Source: Octopus sinensis (lineage: Eukaryota). From it: 64,000 nt of DNA. The translations under genes were made by a program, and so were the position numbers. The stretch lies in NCBI RefSeq assembly GCF_006345805.1, contig NC_043002.1, positions 55,242,001 through 55,306,000 of the forward strand, in the 5' to 3' direction. Below, in pieces: positions 25,550 through 39,462 of the stretch; position 1 is the first letter of the stretch, and every line of letters starts with the position of its first letter. The notes under the pieces are model-generated. The model worked only from the letters and a program-made list of their open reading frames with translations, searched no databases and was not told where the DNA came from.

Positions 25550-27895
25550 TGATTGATTGATTGATTGATTGATTGATTCTAGTTTCAGCTTATGAGCTGT
25601 GGCCATGCTGGGGCACCGCCATTTGGTGTTGCTACTTGGTTTCACTTCATGGAGGCTTTCTAGCAACTGCTATTTGGTGCATGAGAGAGTTCGATGCAGC
25701 TGCCCTCATCTGCCCCTCCTGCCGTGAAGTTGGTTCATCTGGGACACCTGACAGGAAGAGATCCAGCTTCATTTTAAAGACATCTGTATCCACCCCATGC
25801 AGGTCTCTCAGGTTCTTCGGGAGGATATTGAAGAGCTGTGGGCCTCGAAGCCCAGGCTATTACAGAATCTTGTCCTCATCTTGATGGCAGGTTTGGAGTC
25901 CTAGGCACCACGCAGTGGCGCCCAGTTCTGGCATTTGCGTAACTCTCGATGCCAAAGTTCAGGACACTTCCCTCCAGGATCTGCCAGATGTATATTATGG
26001 CATATCTTTCCCGCCTACGCTCCAGGGAATATAATTTTAATCTCTTGAGTCTTTCCCAGTAGCTTACATTCTGCATAGAGGCTATCTTCTTTGTGTAGCT
26101 TCGTTGGGTCGCCTCAAGTTCTGTGATCAACTTGACACTGGATGGTGACCATAGCTGAGAGCAATAGTCAAAGTGGCTTAGGACAAGTGTCTTCCAGAGG
26201 ACCATCATGGTTTCTTGTTCTCTTGTTCTAAAGGTTCTAAGAATCCATCCAGCCAGCCGTCTACATTTCAGTGTCAGTTTAGCAACATGTACATGAAAGG
26301 TCGCGTCATCACTCATGTGAATACCCAGGTCACGCACTGATTGGCCTCTGGGATTGCAATCCCTCCGGGTCCAGTGTATTCATTGGGTATGCATTCAGTT
26401 TTGCATGCTGATAGTATAAAGCTTGAAACTTTCCAGCATTGAACTGCATGCTATTCTTTTCAGCCCACTTGTATATTCGTCCAGCTCACATTGCAGGTGT
26501 TTAGTGTCTCAGGGTTCTGTATTGCCTGTGAAACTTTTGTATCATCTGCATAACTTGTGATCGTGGCTCTCTGCGTGGCTGAGGGAATGTCTGAGGGGCC
26601 ATTATGAACAGTAGTGGTCCCAGAACAGTGCCCTGCGGAACACCGCTCACTATTTGTGTGTTAATGGAGGTGGCCCCATTGGCTACTACCACCTGACTTC
26701 TATCCTTCAGAAAGTCATGAAGCCTCTCCCAGTTTTCCAACTATGTTGAGATCACGCAGTTTGTGACAATCATTCCATGATCGACTTTATCAAAGGCCTT
26801 TGCAAAGTCGAGAATATCACTTCCACATTTGAGTGGTTGAGCAGCCGTTTCAGCACCCAGTCATAGTGTTGTAGGAGCTGAGTTAAACAGCTTCTCCCTG
26901 GTCGGAAACCATGTTGGGTGTCGGGCAGCAAGTCATTCTCTTCAAGGAAGGTGATCAGCTTCCTTCTGACTATTCGTTCCATGACCTTGCTGATGTGTGA
27001 GGTCAGAGAGATAGGTCTATAGTTCTTGGCTTCCGCTCTGCTACCTCCTTTATGAATGGGGCTATATTTTACCTTCCTTCAGTTTTCCTGGAAGTTTGCC
27101 AGCTGCAAGGAAGCTCTGAAAGAGGAACTGCAGTGGTCTTGCTAGGACTCTCTTACATGCTTTTAGGAGGATTGCCGGGGAATCCTCGGGGGCAGTAGCT
27201 GAGTCTGTTTTCATTTCATCTATAGCCTTGGTTACATCTTCTTCCTTTATATCGATGTAATCTATCGTCGCCGCCTCTGATTTTATATCTGCAGTGTTAA
27301 AAAGTCAGTTGGATTGGTGATTTGGAGATGCCCAAGGGTGGAGTGAAAACACTCTTGAATTGCTCATTCAGTATTTCACTTATCCTCATTGGTTTTCCTG
27401 TAAGTGTGCCATCCTTTTCGAGGAGTGGCCCTATTCTACAGTGCACTGTAGCTGTTTCTTTGGCATACCTGTAGAAAGCTCTGGGGTTAGATTTTATGTT
27501 TCTATAGCCCAGGCTTCTCTGTCTGCTCTTTCTTTTCATGGGAGAGTTGCAGACATTTTTCGATTTCAACAGTTTTATTTTTAGGCGCGGACTTTTCACT
27601 GCTTTCAATCTGTTTGTTTAGGCGATTTGAAAATTTCGTACGCCGTCTCATTAAATTTTCCTCTCTCTGGGGATTTGTGTTCTTGTGTACAGTGGCCTTT
27701 CTCTCTGGGACACATTGTAGCATATGGCTTGCATTACAGACATGAATTGTTGAAGTTTCACGTCGATGTCTGGCGAGGAGAGACGAGAATTTAGGCCAGT
27801 TTTGTTTGAGGATCTCTTTCTCAATTTGTTCCAGTTTGCCTTATGGTAGTTCAAGCTGGAAGATTTTGAGGGTTTCTTGTAGGCTGATGTCCGTG
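25550..27895 (-). mobile_element. CR1/L2-group LINE, 5'-truncated, frameshifted ORF2 (RT), (AATC)n tail
   Basis: NYHKANW, QHGFRPGRSCLTQLL, SGVPQGTVLGPLLF, YADD at about 26519-26532, LYSLERRRERY, GPQLFNILP; tail (GATT)n at 25550-25578. Confidence 0.92.
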
Positions 27896-27956
27896 CTCTC
27901 TTTTGGCCCGTACATGCTCTCTTTTGGCCCGTACATGCTCTCTTTTGGCCGTACAT
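27895..27956. repeat. 21-bp unit x3 at the LINE 5' truncation point
   Basis: gctctcttttggcccgtacat at 27895, 27916 and 27937 (third copy 20 bp). Confidence 0.95.
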
Positions 27957-28031
27957 ATGTATTTATACATATGTCTGTGTGTATTTACATTTATCTATCT
28001 ATATATGTATATATACATCATGTATATACTA

Positions 28032-28102
<71 letters not shown>

Positions 28103-28147
28103 ATATATATATAATATATTTATATATATATGTATGTATAGATGTGT

Positions 28148-28422
28148 GGAGGCGCAATGGCCCAGTGGTTAGGGCAGCGGACTCGCGGTCGTAGGATTGC
28201 GGTTTCGATTTCCAGGGCGGGCGTTGTGTGTGTTTATTGAGCGAAAACACCTAAAAGCTCCACGAGGCTCCGGCAGGGGAAGGGGGTGATCCCTGCTGTA
28301 CTCTCTCACTCTTTCTTCTGTTGGCCTGCTCGTCATTCGAAGGCTAAAGCAATGCGAACGCATTGCGACCAGCGATGTGTAACAACATCTGATAGCCTGG
28401 TCGGTCACGGTGATCACGGTGA
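28148..28422 (+). mobile_element. SINE family B, full length
   Basis: ggaggcgcaatggcccagtggttagggcagcggactcgcggtcgtagg head and full tail. Confidence 0.9.
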
Positions 28423-28484
28423 TGTATAGATGTATAGTGTACTATATATGTATATATGTTTATACCTATATGTATATGTTCTTT

Positions 28485-28848
28485 TCATTTTACTTGTTTC
28501 AGTCATTTTGACTGCGGCCATGCTGGAGCACCGCCTTTAGTCGAGCAAATTGACTTTGTAAGTCTGGTACTTATTCTATCGGTCTCTTTGCCGAACCGCT
28601 AAGTTACGGAGATGCAAACACACCAGCATCGGTTGTCAAGCGTTGTTGGGGGGACAAACACAGACACACACACGCACACGCGCGCGCACACACACACATA
28701 CATATATACGACGGGCTTCTTTCAGTTTCCGTCTACCAAATCCGTTCACAAGGCTTTGGTCGCCCCGAGGCTATAGGTGCCACGCAGTGGGACTGAACCT
28801 GGAACCATGTGGTTGGTAAGCAAGCTACTTACCACACAGCCACTCCTA
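28485..28848 (-). mobile_element. SINE family C
   Basis: Colinear with other C copies; internal (CA)/(TA) repeat. Confidence 0.88.
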
Positions 28849-28910
28849 CGCTTATGTACGTATATTTGTATATATTTAAATATATATATTTATATGTATG
28901 TATGTATGTA

Positions 28911-28941
<31 letters not shown>

Positions 28942-29131
28942 ATGTGTGTGTTTATATGTATATATATTTATGTATGTGTGTATATCTATCTATCTATCTT
29001 TCTATCTATATGAAATGATTGTGACAGAAGAGGGAGTGTAACCGGAAGCTACTCATTATACTCTGTCGTCTGTATCAATCATTTAAAACATTCCCAACGC
29101 GCACCTAGGAACTCCTTACGTAGATCCGGCG

Positions 29132-29166
<35 letters not shown>

Positions 29167-30149
29167 GCGCCGAAAGCGTAGTAACGCGGATGACACCTAA
29201 CCACAAGTGGTGAACGTGCACCGCAGGCACACCACCCGGGACTTGCCCGAAACCAGGTTTGGATACTGCATTTTAATGTCATCAATCTAAACCTTAATTT
29301 TTTATTTGACTCGTGTGTGTGTGTGTGTGTGTACGTGTGTGTGTGCATGTGTGTGTATATGTATGTGTGAGCATATGTATGTGTGTGTGTTGTGTATCTG
29401 AATGTATTATATGTATATAAGTCTAATACATGCATACGAAAATACTCTGTTGTTGATGTTGAATGATGTTGATGATGAAGGAGCCTTGGGTCTAGGTTAG
29501 AAACCGGCTCTATTGGCAAGAAATCTTGAAATAAAAATGAATAACGACATACATACATAAATACATACATATTTACAGGTGTTGTAGTAATATTGGTTTT
29601 TTATCTTCAGTCCAAAATAACAGAGCCCTTTCCATTGTTTCTATAACAATGCTATGTATGTATTCTGTGTTTTAAAGTTACTGTAGAACTATCGATTATT
29701 CTGGTCTGAGATTTTCTTCATTTTCTTTTTACAAATTGTTTTAATAGTTACTTCTATCATAATAATCTGTTTCGCAGTTTCTATTTGAAAATCTGTTTAA
29801 TTTATAACTTTTTCATTTCCAGAAAAATCATCTTTTTTGATAATCGAAATTCCATTATTCAATCTCGAGAATATTTTAATGAAACATTAAGAAAAATTTC
29901 CAATTAATCGAAGAATGAAATTGAAGGAAAATGAAAGAAATTAAAGGGAAATGACGAAGTGGTATGTTTCTGTAAATGTAAAGCAAAAGTAAAATTTTTA
30001 AATCTCAAACCAAATGAAAACCGTGCTAAGAGAAAGCCGTATAAACTGAGGGGCAACTATACTCGAAAAAGGCTGGCCCAGGCTAAAATATGGCTGTGTC
30101 CTATATTAGGCTGTGAAAAAGGGAAATTTGGAGAAGGTGGTACGTCGAG

Positions 30150-30305
30150 AATATCGACCGCAGCATTTAACTGGTACTTATTTCATCGACCCCTAAAGGA
30201 TGAAAGACGAAGACAACCAAGGTAGAATTTGAACTCAGAAGGTAAAGAGCCGGTAGAGATGCCGCGAAGCATTTTACCCGGCTCGCTAACAATTCTCCCA
30301 GCTGG
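30150..30305 (-). mobile_element. SINE family A, diverged
   Basis: catcgacccctaaaggatgaaag and gaatttgaactcagaa segments. Confidence 0.7.
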
Positions 30306-31289
30306 CCGTCCTAAAATATTCACAACAACGACGACAATGGTGATATCACAGAGGCCCAAGATACTGAAAGCAGCAAGAAGGACGGAATACAAAAATATTC
30401 GCTTAACAATGTCAACTCTGTTTTAACAGCAAATGAGAAGTGAACAGCGTTTACATCCAAATTGCTCTCGTTTGCCAAAAAAGACTTCAGCCCCTAACCA
30501 CTGAAAAATACAGCACCACTCCACCACTTTGCTACATAGCCTTGTCAATTAATTTATTGCTCTAAATGTTAATTTAAAATTCAAATTGAGAAGCTTACTT
30601 GAATATCTTAGCTCTAAAACTAGGTTGAGAGATAAATTTAAATTTCATGTCAGAGTTCTCAGTTTGTAAATATATATGTAAGTTGGTTGGTTAGGCTATT
30701 GTCATGGTTTAAAGAGTGTTTTGAAATAAAATTATTTTAATTGCTGCATTAGAAAAATAATAACTGCAGCTGTTTAGCTTCTATCATGCTAACGATTTGT
30801 CACGCCTTCAATATTAAAAAGAATGATTCTTTGGAGAAAATCGTGTTAATTAAAAATAGTGGTGAGACTGAGTTTGTTATTTACAACGAATGAAAAAATA
30901 TCAAATACATCCTGTTGCTTCTAGCTTGACTTTCAATTGACAACAATCCTGAGAAAAAGTTTCCCACATAAAAATATGCCAATTGTACCCACACCTTTTA
31001 TTAGATTTTCTTTCTTCAATGTAATAAATTAGCATGTATATTATTACACACACACACACACACACACACGTACATTCCCATTCAAAAAAGCGCATTCATT
31101 TAAAGGCGCCCGACCACTCGGAAATCTAAATATTTCTCTTTGACATTTGCTTTCCTTTTGGTATTCTTATGAAAATTCGGTTATTAGAGCATTTATAGGT
31201 TCAGTGATGTACCTCTGTCCATTGAAATTCTAAGTTCGAGTTCAGCTGGGGTTGATTTTTGCTTTTCATTCTCGTGGGGATATTAACTG

Positions 31290-31886
31290 GCTCCCCGTTG
31301 ATTATTGCAACAGTTGACCCGTTCCACGGAATAGCCTGCTCATGAAATTAACGTGCAAGTGGCTAAGCACTCCACAGACACACGTACTCTTAACGTAGTT
31401 CTCGGGTAGATTCAGCAGGACACAGAATGTGACAAGGTTGACCCCTTTTGAATTACAGGTACAACTCATTATTGCCAGCTGAGTGGACTCGAGCGACGTG
31501 AAATAAAGTGTCTTACTCAAGGACACAAAGCATTGCTAAGAATCGAACTCTTGAGTTGTGGGCTTATAAAAAACAATCGACTAACCCATCACACAAATGA
31601 GATCGATAATGGTCTTCCTTGAACGTAGAAACCATTATCGTAAAATAAGTACAGTCTCAAGGGTAGGTTTCCATGGCATATAAATGAGTGAGATAGAAAC
31701 AGGCCATTCCTTGAAGGAGCCGCTAACCCATCGCGGGGTTAACCATTTTCAGCTAAAGGGAACGGGGCAGCGTGAAATGAAGTATTTTCCTCAGGAGCAC
31801 AATGCGCCGCCGCCCGGTCTGGGAATCGATACCACGATCTCGCGACCATGAGTGAAGCACATCTAACCACTGGGCCACGCGCCTTC
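31290..31886 (-). mobile_element. Two B-related SINE fragments with CORE-like block
   Basis: gtgtcttactcaaggacacaa and gtattttcctcaggagcacaatgcg blocks; head ctaaccactgggccacgcgcc; body also at about 47528-47720 and 60935-61090. Confidence 0.65.
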
Positions 31887-32042
31887 GCTAAAGGATTGGT
31901 TAAATTGGTTGTTCGGGTGATAATCTTTTAATTGCTACAGTTAATTCAGAATCCTTTCACAACAAAGACCTCAAAGAATTTCACTTTTGAAACAGAAAAA
32001 TAATTGAAGAATTGAAAGAAATTCTAACACTTTTCAGGATGG

Positions 32043-32900
32043 AGGGTTGTCTTTGCGGTTAAGAAGCTTTGCGACCGTGTGGTTTCGGGTTCAGTCGCAC
32101 TGCGTGGCATCTTGAGCGAGGGTCTTCTACGATAGCCTCGGACCGACCAAAGCCTTATGTGTGCGTCTGGTAGTCAAAAACTGTACGGAAGACCGTCATG
32201 TACATGAATTACACAAACACACACACACACACATATACACAAACGCACATATGTACACGTGCGCACGCACACACACGCGCACGCACACATACGCGCACGC
32301 ACGCACGCAGGCACACACACACACACACACACACTCCCACCTGCATTATATCTTTTGTTCTTGTTTGTGTATGTTCACATAATTGAGTTTGTGTATATAT
32401 GTATTCTGTGAATGATGTGACGTCACGTATATGAGTAATGCACATCTATCTGTGTGATAAGGGAATGCAGCAAAAGTTAGGGGGGGGGCAACGTGTCTTT
32501 TATGCATAAGGTTCATATAATGCATATAGCTGATAGCCAGAAAAAAAGAACTTGTCCAAGGATAAAGTGGATGGTGGGGGTCATCCTTGGAATTTCGAAG
32601 GATGAACTGTTGTTTGTGCACACACACACACACACACACACACAACACACACACACACACACAACACAAACACACGTAAATGTAGGTGTGTGTGTCTTTT
32701 TTGCGTTTGTTCTCCCACGCTGCTTGATAATCGGTGTTGGTTTGTTTACGTCCTCGTAACATAGCGGTTTAGCAAAAGAAATGGGTGGAATAAGTATGAC
32801 ACTTTCAAATATAGACTGGGAGTCGATTTGTTTGACCCTCCAAGACAGTGCCGCAGTTGGTAGCAGTCGACTGACTGAAGTGATTAAAAGATAAAAGATA
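32043..32900 (+). mobile_element. SINE family C with strongly expanded internal microsatellite region
   Basis: Head/CORE-like block at 32043-32180, tail at about 32720-32900. Confidence 0.6.
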
Positions 32901-33004
32901 AATTTTAGAATCGTTCTTCGGTATTAGTATCTTAGTTTTATCAATGGTGTCAACAACATTAAAGCATTCATCAGAAATCATTTTACCTTTTACCGTTTAC
33001 TTAG

Positions 33005-33800
33005 GTGACCGGATATCCGACCACCTACTTGACTGACGCCGATCATGCTGATGGCATAGCGCTCTTCGCAGACAGCACAAAAGATGCTGAACATTTGTTC
33101 CATCTCCTGGAAGGTTCTGTTGCTAACATAGGACCATATGTGAATGAAAAGAAAATAGAGTTTATCACCCCGAACACAACAGGTGAAATAAGGACCACCA
33201 AACAGAAGGCCTTGAAAAATGTCAACGAGTTTTCTTACCAAGGCAGCAACATCATGTCCACTGAAAAAGATATTAAATCTTTCGTTGCTAAGGGTTGGGC
33301 AGCTATAGACGGTCTTAGAACGATATGGAAGTCAACCCTACCAGATAAATTGAAGGACAATTCTTCAGACCAGTTTTTGAATTTATGCTTGTATATGGAT
33401 CTCCAACTTGGATTCTCACCTAGAGACTCAGGTGCATGCTGGACAGTGCCTACACCAGAATATTACGTGCAGAGCTCAACATCCCTTGGATGGAGCACCC
33501 AACAAAACAACGGTTATATGGAAATTAATCAACATTCTCATCAACCATCCAAGAGCGGAGATTGAAGTTTACTGGCCATTGCTAGAGAAATAAAGAAGTA
33601 CTTGTGAGTAATGTGTTGCTGTGGACACCAAATCATGGTACCACAGCAACTGGAAGACCATAGAGGATGTATATACAACAGCTTGTAGATGTTGGATGCC
33701 AAGTTGAAGACCTAAAAACACTATTGGAAGAGCAGGAGGGGTGGAGGGGGTAGTCAGGCTGGCCCAGACAATCAGCTTAACTGGCTGATGCCTCGATAAA
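33005..33800 (+). pseudogene. RTE-clade LINE, 3' RT fragment
   Basis: LTDADHADGIALFADS (DYADD-like), VNEKKIEF, EFSYQGS, KGWAAIDGLRTIWKS; later HCWRNKE..SNVLLWTP.HG...GRP. Confidence 0.85.
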
Positions 33801-34377
33801 TAAAACAAAACAAAACCGTTTATTTGTTTCAGTCTGTAGATTGCGGCCATGCTGGAACACCGACTTGAAAACTTTTTAGTCGAAGAAATCGACCCTAACA
33901 CCTATTTTCTTTAAGATCTGGTACTTATTATATCAGTCACTTTTCCGAACTGCTAAGTTACAGGATGTAAGCACATCAACATTTGTTGTCAAGCGGTGGA
34001 GTGGGGCGGGGAAAGAATCACAGACACGAAGACATACAGGCTCTGATGAAACTGTAAGGCACTCAACAATGAGTCCACCACATCTGATAATGGAAATAAC
34101 TGTAAGCTGATGAAATTCATAGGATCATCGGTTAATCCTTTAGCATCTCTTTTCTTACACACTTGTCCAAAATGTCAACCCATGAAATTGAACCCAGAAC
34201 CATGTCGCTGCGAAGCAAACTTCTTGCCACACAGCCACATATTTTTCCAAGTAATTTGCATTCTTAGTTAATTCTAGGAGAGTTTTAGTGAAGTATCCTG
34301 CTAGAAAGGTAACAAAGGTTATTATATCCTTGTCTTTATAAAATGAATGCTGAGATGTTATAGGCTCAAAACCACCA

Positions 34378-34668
34378 CATCCGGAGCAGGGGCGTGGGCG
34401 ATTCGCTACACGGTCCATTGCTCTCAGAAGTCGATCACGGCATTTGAAGTTTCTTGTATGTATATATATATATGTATATACACACACATACACCACTGTG
34501 TGTATTTGTCCGCCATCAACTGGTGTTGACGTGTTTACTTACCTGTAACTTTGCGGTTCGGCAAAAAAGAGCGATAGAATAAATACCAGGCTTTACAAAA
34601 AATAAATAATAAGTCGATTCGTTCTAGCCGCAGTCTAATGACCGGAACAAGTGAAAGATAAAAGATAA
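34378..34668 (+). mobile_element. SINE family C, diverged
   Basis: cggttcggcaaaaaagagcgatagaataaatacc body; ccgcagtctaatgaccggaacaag tail. Confidence 0.65.
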
Positions 34669-34872
34669 AAGTTATATTTGGAGAGAGAGAGAGAAGGAGG
34701 AGGAGAAGGAGAGGGAGGGGGAGAGAGAGGCGTCAATATCTCGGTTAAAGGAAGTTAAAATGTTACACCTTTGTTATTCGTTTTACAAGGAAGGTAACAC
34801 CTTGTTCAATACAGTTTAATTCTTTGAAGTATTAAAATGAATGTCACACGTGTAATAAAAATTGGATGTTGC

Positions 34873-34956
<84 letters not shown>

Positions 34957-35284
34957 TATATGTATGTATGTTTGTATGTATGTATGTATGTATGTATGTA
35001 TGTATTCAAAGTATGAGAACATAGCAGAAAGCAATGTTCCTCAAGTTTTGTGACACAATATTCGTGACAGCATCAAATTAGGATTCGTCAAATGCAAGCT
35101 CCAAGATTGGTTCGATGTCACTTTTTAAATTAAACCTCTCCTAGAAACTATGCACGAAAGACACAAGGTTTCGATCTCAGACGAAAACACACCAGCACTC
35201 AAATATGCACCTCCGCCTATAAGAAAACATTTCCGTAAAACGTGAGATGAAAAATTACTGGTGGCAAAACATGTCCAAGAGGCT

Positions 35285-36960
35285 GCTATCTCTCACAACT
35301 TGAGAGCGTTGTATGACAATCTGAAAGGTGTATTTGGTCTAAAAAGGGTGACACGGAACTAGTTCTTTCAAATGATGGGTCAAAAGTCTTAAGTAGCAAG
35401 GATGAAGTTCTGAAAAGATGCGTTGCAATGAAACCCTTCAGAAGCCTATAATTGAGGAGCTTGCGGAAGATCCTTCCCTGGAAGAGATAAATACTGCTGT
35501 TTAAAAAATGTTCAATGGTAAAGCTCCAGGACAAGACAGTATTGCTATAGACATGTACAAGTATGGGGGTAGACAGCTTGTAAGAAAGCTGAACAAATTG
35601 ATTTGTTTGATCAACAATTCGAAGATGCATCTATAACGCACTTGTACAAAAACAATAGGAAGGAGAGTTTGTGCGATAATCACAGGGGAATAAGCTTGTT
35701 GTGCATAGCTGGAAAAATTCTTGCGATGGTGATCCTGAACCACATCAATAAACATCTCTTTGATACAGTGAATCGTGTGGTGCTGTGGAAAAAATTTTGT
35801 CAAAAGTTGGTCTTCCTGATAAAATGATAAGGGTAATGGTATCCCTGCACAAAGGAATGATGGCAACAGTGATATCTGGTAGTCAATGTTGAGATGTGTT
35901 TTAGCTCATGTACTTTTCCCCATATTCTTTTCAATAATGCTCCAACATTTTATACCATGAAGGTATAAAGGTCCAGTTTCTTTCTGAAGGAGGTCTATTA
36001 AACCTAAAAGAGCAAGGTCTCAGATCAAGTAAGAGACACTACGAGGCTTTCTGTTAGCTGATTATTGGGCTTCGATTTCTCACGCATTTAAGGGGATTCA
36101 GGAAACAGTTGACCAGTTTGCTGTGGCGGTTTGTGCTTTTGGACTGACTACCAGCATCAAGAAGAGTGAAGTTTTATTCCAACCAAACCCTGAGACAGGA
36201 CATACTCAAGATTCAAATGCGATGATTGCCAACGAGCCACTCAAATGGGTCAGGTCATTTAAATATCTTCGAAGTACAGTAAACTTTAAGATTACTCTTG
36301 ATGACGAAAGCAATGTTAGAATGTCTAAGGCTACAAATGCTTTTGGAAGACTTTTCCATTGTTTGTAGGATGAACACGGTGTCAGTCTGAAAGTCAATAT
36401 GGCTGTCTACAAATTTTGAGTACATTTTTGTATGGGGTAGAAATGTGGACTCCCTACTTCAGATATATAAAGAAACTTGAAATCTTCCACATATGCAGTT
36501 TGTGCAATATCTGCAACATAAAATGGCAAGATGTCAAATGTCAAAATCTTAGAATGCTGCTGAGAATTCAGTGCAGATGGGTAGGACATGTTGCTCGAAT
36601 GAAGGCTGACCGCATTCCAAAAATTCTTTTGTATGGCCAACAAGCAGAGGAACACTGCAGTAAGGGAAGGCACATCCTTAGATATAAGGATAAATTGAAG
36701 CAATCATTAAAGTCTCTAGAGCTAAATTAGACATCTTGAGAAATTGATTGCCTTGATCGATCTGCATGGTGTAAAATGTGTCAGGATACGTCAAAAAATT
36801 TGGGATGAAGAAACAGAACAATAAAAGAATTCTATCCTGCAACCAAGAGACACATTTGTCTAGTCGCAGACAAAATCAAAATCATCAGTGCCCCCATTGT
36901 GACTTCACAACAAAATCCATTCCTGGACTCAAATTACATTCACGCAACCGCCACAAATAG
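35285..36960 (+). pseudogene. RTE (BovB-like) LINE ORF remnant with internal deletions and C-terminal C2H2 finger
   Basis: GKAPGQDSI, CDNHRGISLLCIAGKILA, FDTVNR, FGLTTSIKKSEV, FLYGVEMW, RWVGHVARM, CPHCDFTTKSIPGLKLHSRNRH. Confidence 0.9.
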
Positions 36961-37069
36961 AAGCAGCTTCCTAGTTTGGTTTTGAAGTTGTTTTCTCTTT
37001 GTCTTACTTTTTTCTTTTTTGAAAATCCTCTCCTTCAAACACTCATACGTCGAAATCGATGGGAATGAC

Positions 37070-37141
<72 letters not shown>

Positions 37142-37388
37142 ATATATATATATATGTACTGTACATATACAGAAGATAAGGGTACATTCGAACCAACCAG
37201 ATAAATGGTAAGGCGCCAGGTCAGGTCAAAATTAAAATGCATCCACAACAAAAATGGACGAATACATATGCGTGCAGCGAAGTAGAGACAGAAAGATATT
37301 CTGGTTATGTATACGATTAATTAAATCCGACTAATTATATCATTAGCCCTTGGGGTAATCAAGAAACGCACATTGTATCAAATATACC

Positions 37389-37644
37389 TATTTCTTTATT
37401 ACCCACAAGGGGCTAAACATAGAGGGGACAAACAAGGACAGACATAGGTTTTAAGTGGATTACATCAACCCCAGTGCGTAACTGGTACTTAATTAACGAC
37501 CCTGGAAGGATGAAAGGCAAAGTCGACCTCGGCTGTCTCTTTTGCCGAACCGCTAAGTTACGGGGGCGTAAACACACCAGCATCAGTTGTCAAGCAATAG
37601 CGGGGAGGCAAACACAGACAAAGTACACACACACACATACACAC

Positions 37645-37708
<64 letters not shown>

Positions 37709-37872
37709 GATGGGCTTCTTTCAGTTTCCGTCTACCAAATCCACTCACAAGGCTTTGGTCAGCCCGAGGCTATAGTAGAAGACATTTACCTAAGGTGCCA
37801 CGCAGTAGGACTGAACCCGGAACCATGTGGTTGGGAAGCGAGCTTCTTACCACACAATCACGTTTGCACCTA
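37389..37872 (-). mobile_element. Family A 3' part fused to family C 5' part
   Basis: gtcgacctcgg|ctgtctcttttgccgaacc junction at about 37532. Confidence 0.8.
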
Positions 37873-39462
37873 TGTATGTATGTATGTATGTATATGTATG
37901 TATGTATGTATGTATAAAAAAAAATATATATGTGTGTGTGTGTGTGTGCATATATATACGTACATACATACATACACACAAATCTCTTTCTTCTCTCAGT
38001 GTTTGTGTATGTGTGTGTGCGCGCGCGTGCGTGCGCGTGTGTAAATCATATAGCAGTCTAGCGGGGGCGATCTTTGTGGCTGATGTATATGCGCAAGATT
38101 TCTTTTTATATCTTGCCGCACGGTTAAGTCGCTTGGCTGAAGTTAAGTTTAACAGAAGAAATGGGAAAAGCTATAACGCAACAACTTTCCATGCTGCTTT
38201 GATACTGGAAATTTAATGAAAATTTCCTGTTTTTCCACTATTTTTTGCCATGTTGAAGTAACGCATGTTGTTTGATTACTGGATGAAGCCGTCCTCTTGT
38301 CTAACATTGATTTCAAAATTTGGCACCAGGCCAGCAATTTCGGGTGTGGGTGGGGGGATAAGTCAGTTGGAAATGCTCTGAAATAGATTCACCACCTAAA
38401 CTGAAACGCTTATTACTAGAAATACAAGGAATTGGAAGTCAATTCAGGATATAAATACTTCAGATACTTAACATATACACAAAGAGCAGCATTTTCAGTT
38501 CAATATCCATGAGAGCCAAGTACGGAAATGACACCAACTGGGGACGTCCCATGTTAATTCTGAGTAATTTGAGTTTTCGGATGAAAACACAAATAATCTC
38601 TTCGCAAAATTTAACGTCTTTTCTTTTCAAAGACAAAATTCATTCTCACCTGCATCGTCTTTATTTTTCCCAAAGGTCGAATAACTGGATTCACAGGGGT
38701 TATCCTCCTCTCTTTTTTGCTTAGATTCCTTATCAAAAAGTTTAAAGGCCCATCCTGAACTGTAGGCTGGTTTCCTGCATTCTGTAGTGTATGTATTCCA
38801 CCGGGACGGGGCGCCGATCCGTCGCATGATTACTCCTTATTCGCAGCTGAGTTAAAGGCTTTTGCTCATGAGCATGACGCATCGCCCGATCCTGGAATCG
38901 AAACCACAATCTCACGATGTGTGCAACACTCTAACCACTAAACCACGTGCCTCCATGCTTGTTGTCTCTTAACACACAAGGAATAAGTTTATTTTCCCCA
39001 TTAATTGTATGAATATTTCCCATTCCTTTGTATTATATGAGAAGTGACAATCCAATGCCATTAAACTCCTGGCAGTAAAATTTATTTGTAACTGATGCGG
39101 TTCCAATATCTATTTCTTTTTTATAGCCTCTAAAAAATGTATGGCTCCGTGGGGCCGATGTAGCCCCCAACTGAGGGTCACTGCTCAAGAGGGTTAGCAA
39201 CATAAAAATCAACAATAATTGTTTCGGATTGAGCTACGTGGCGAACAGATTTTAGAAGGAAGGAGTTAGTCGATACCATTAGCCCTAGCATCTGACTGGT
39301 ATTATATTTTATCGATGTACGAAAAGAATGAAAAGCAAAGTCGGCCTCGGTGGAATTTGAACTCAGAACGTAAAGACAGACGAAATGCCGCTAAGCATTT
39401 TCTCCGGCGTGAACGATTCTGCCAGTTTGCCGCCTTAATAATAATGATGATGATAATAGTAA

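Noticed and set aside
28148-28220. tRNA-like sequences
   Set aside because: These are SINE heads with A/B boxes; no full cloverleaf, and they run straight into SINE bodies
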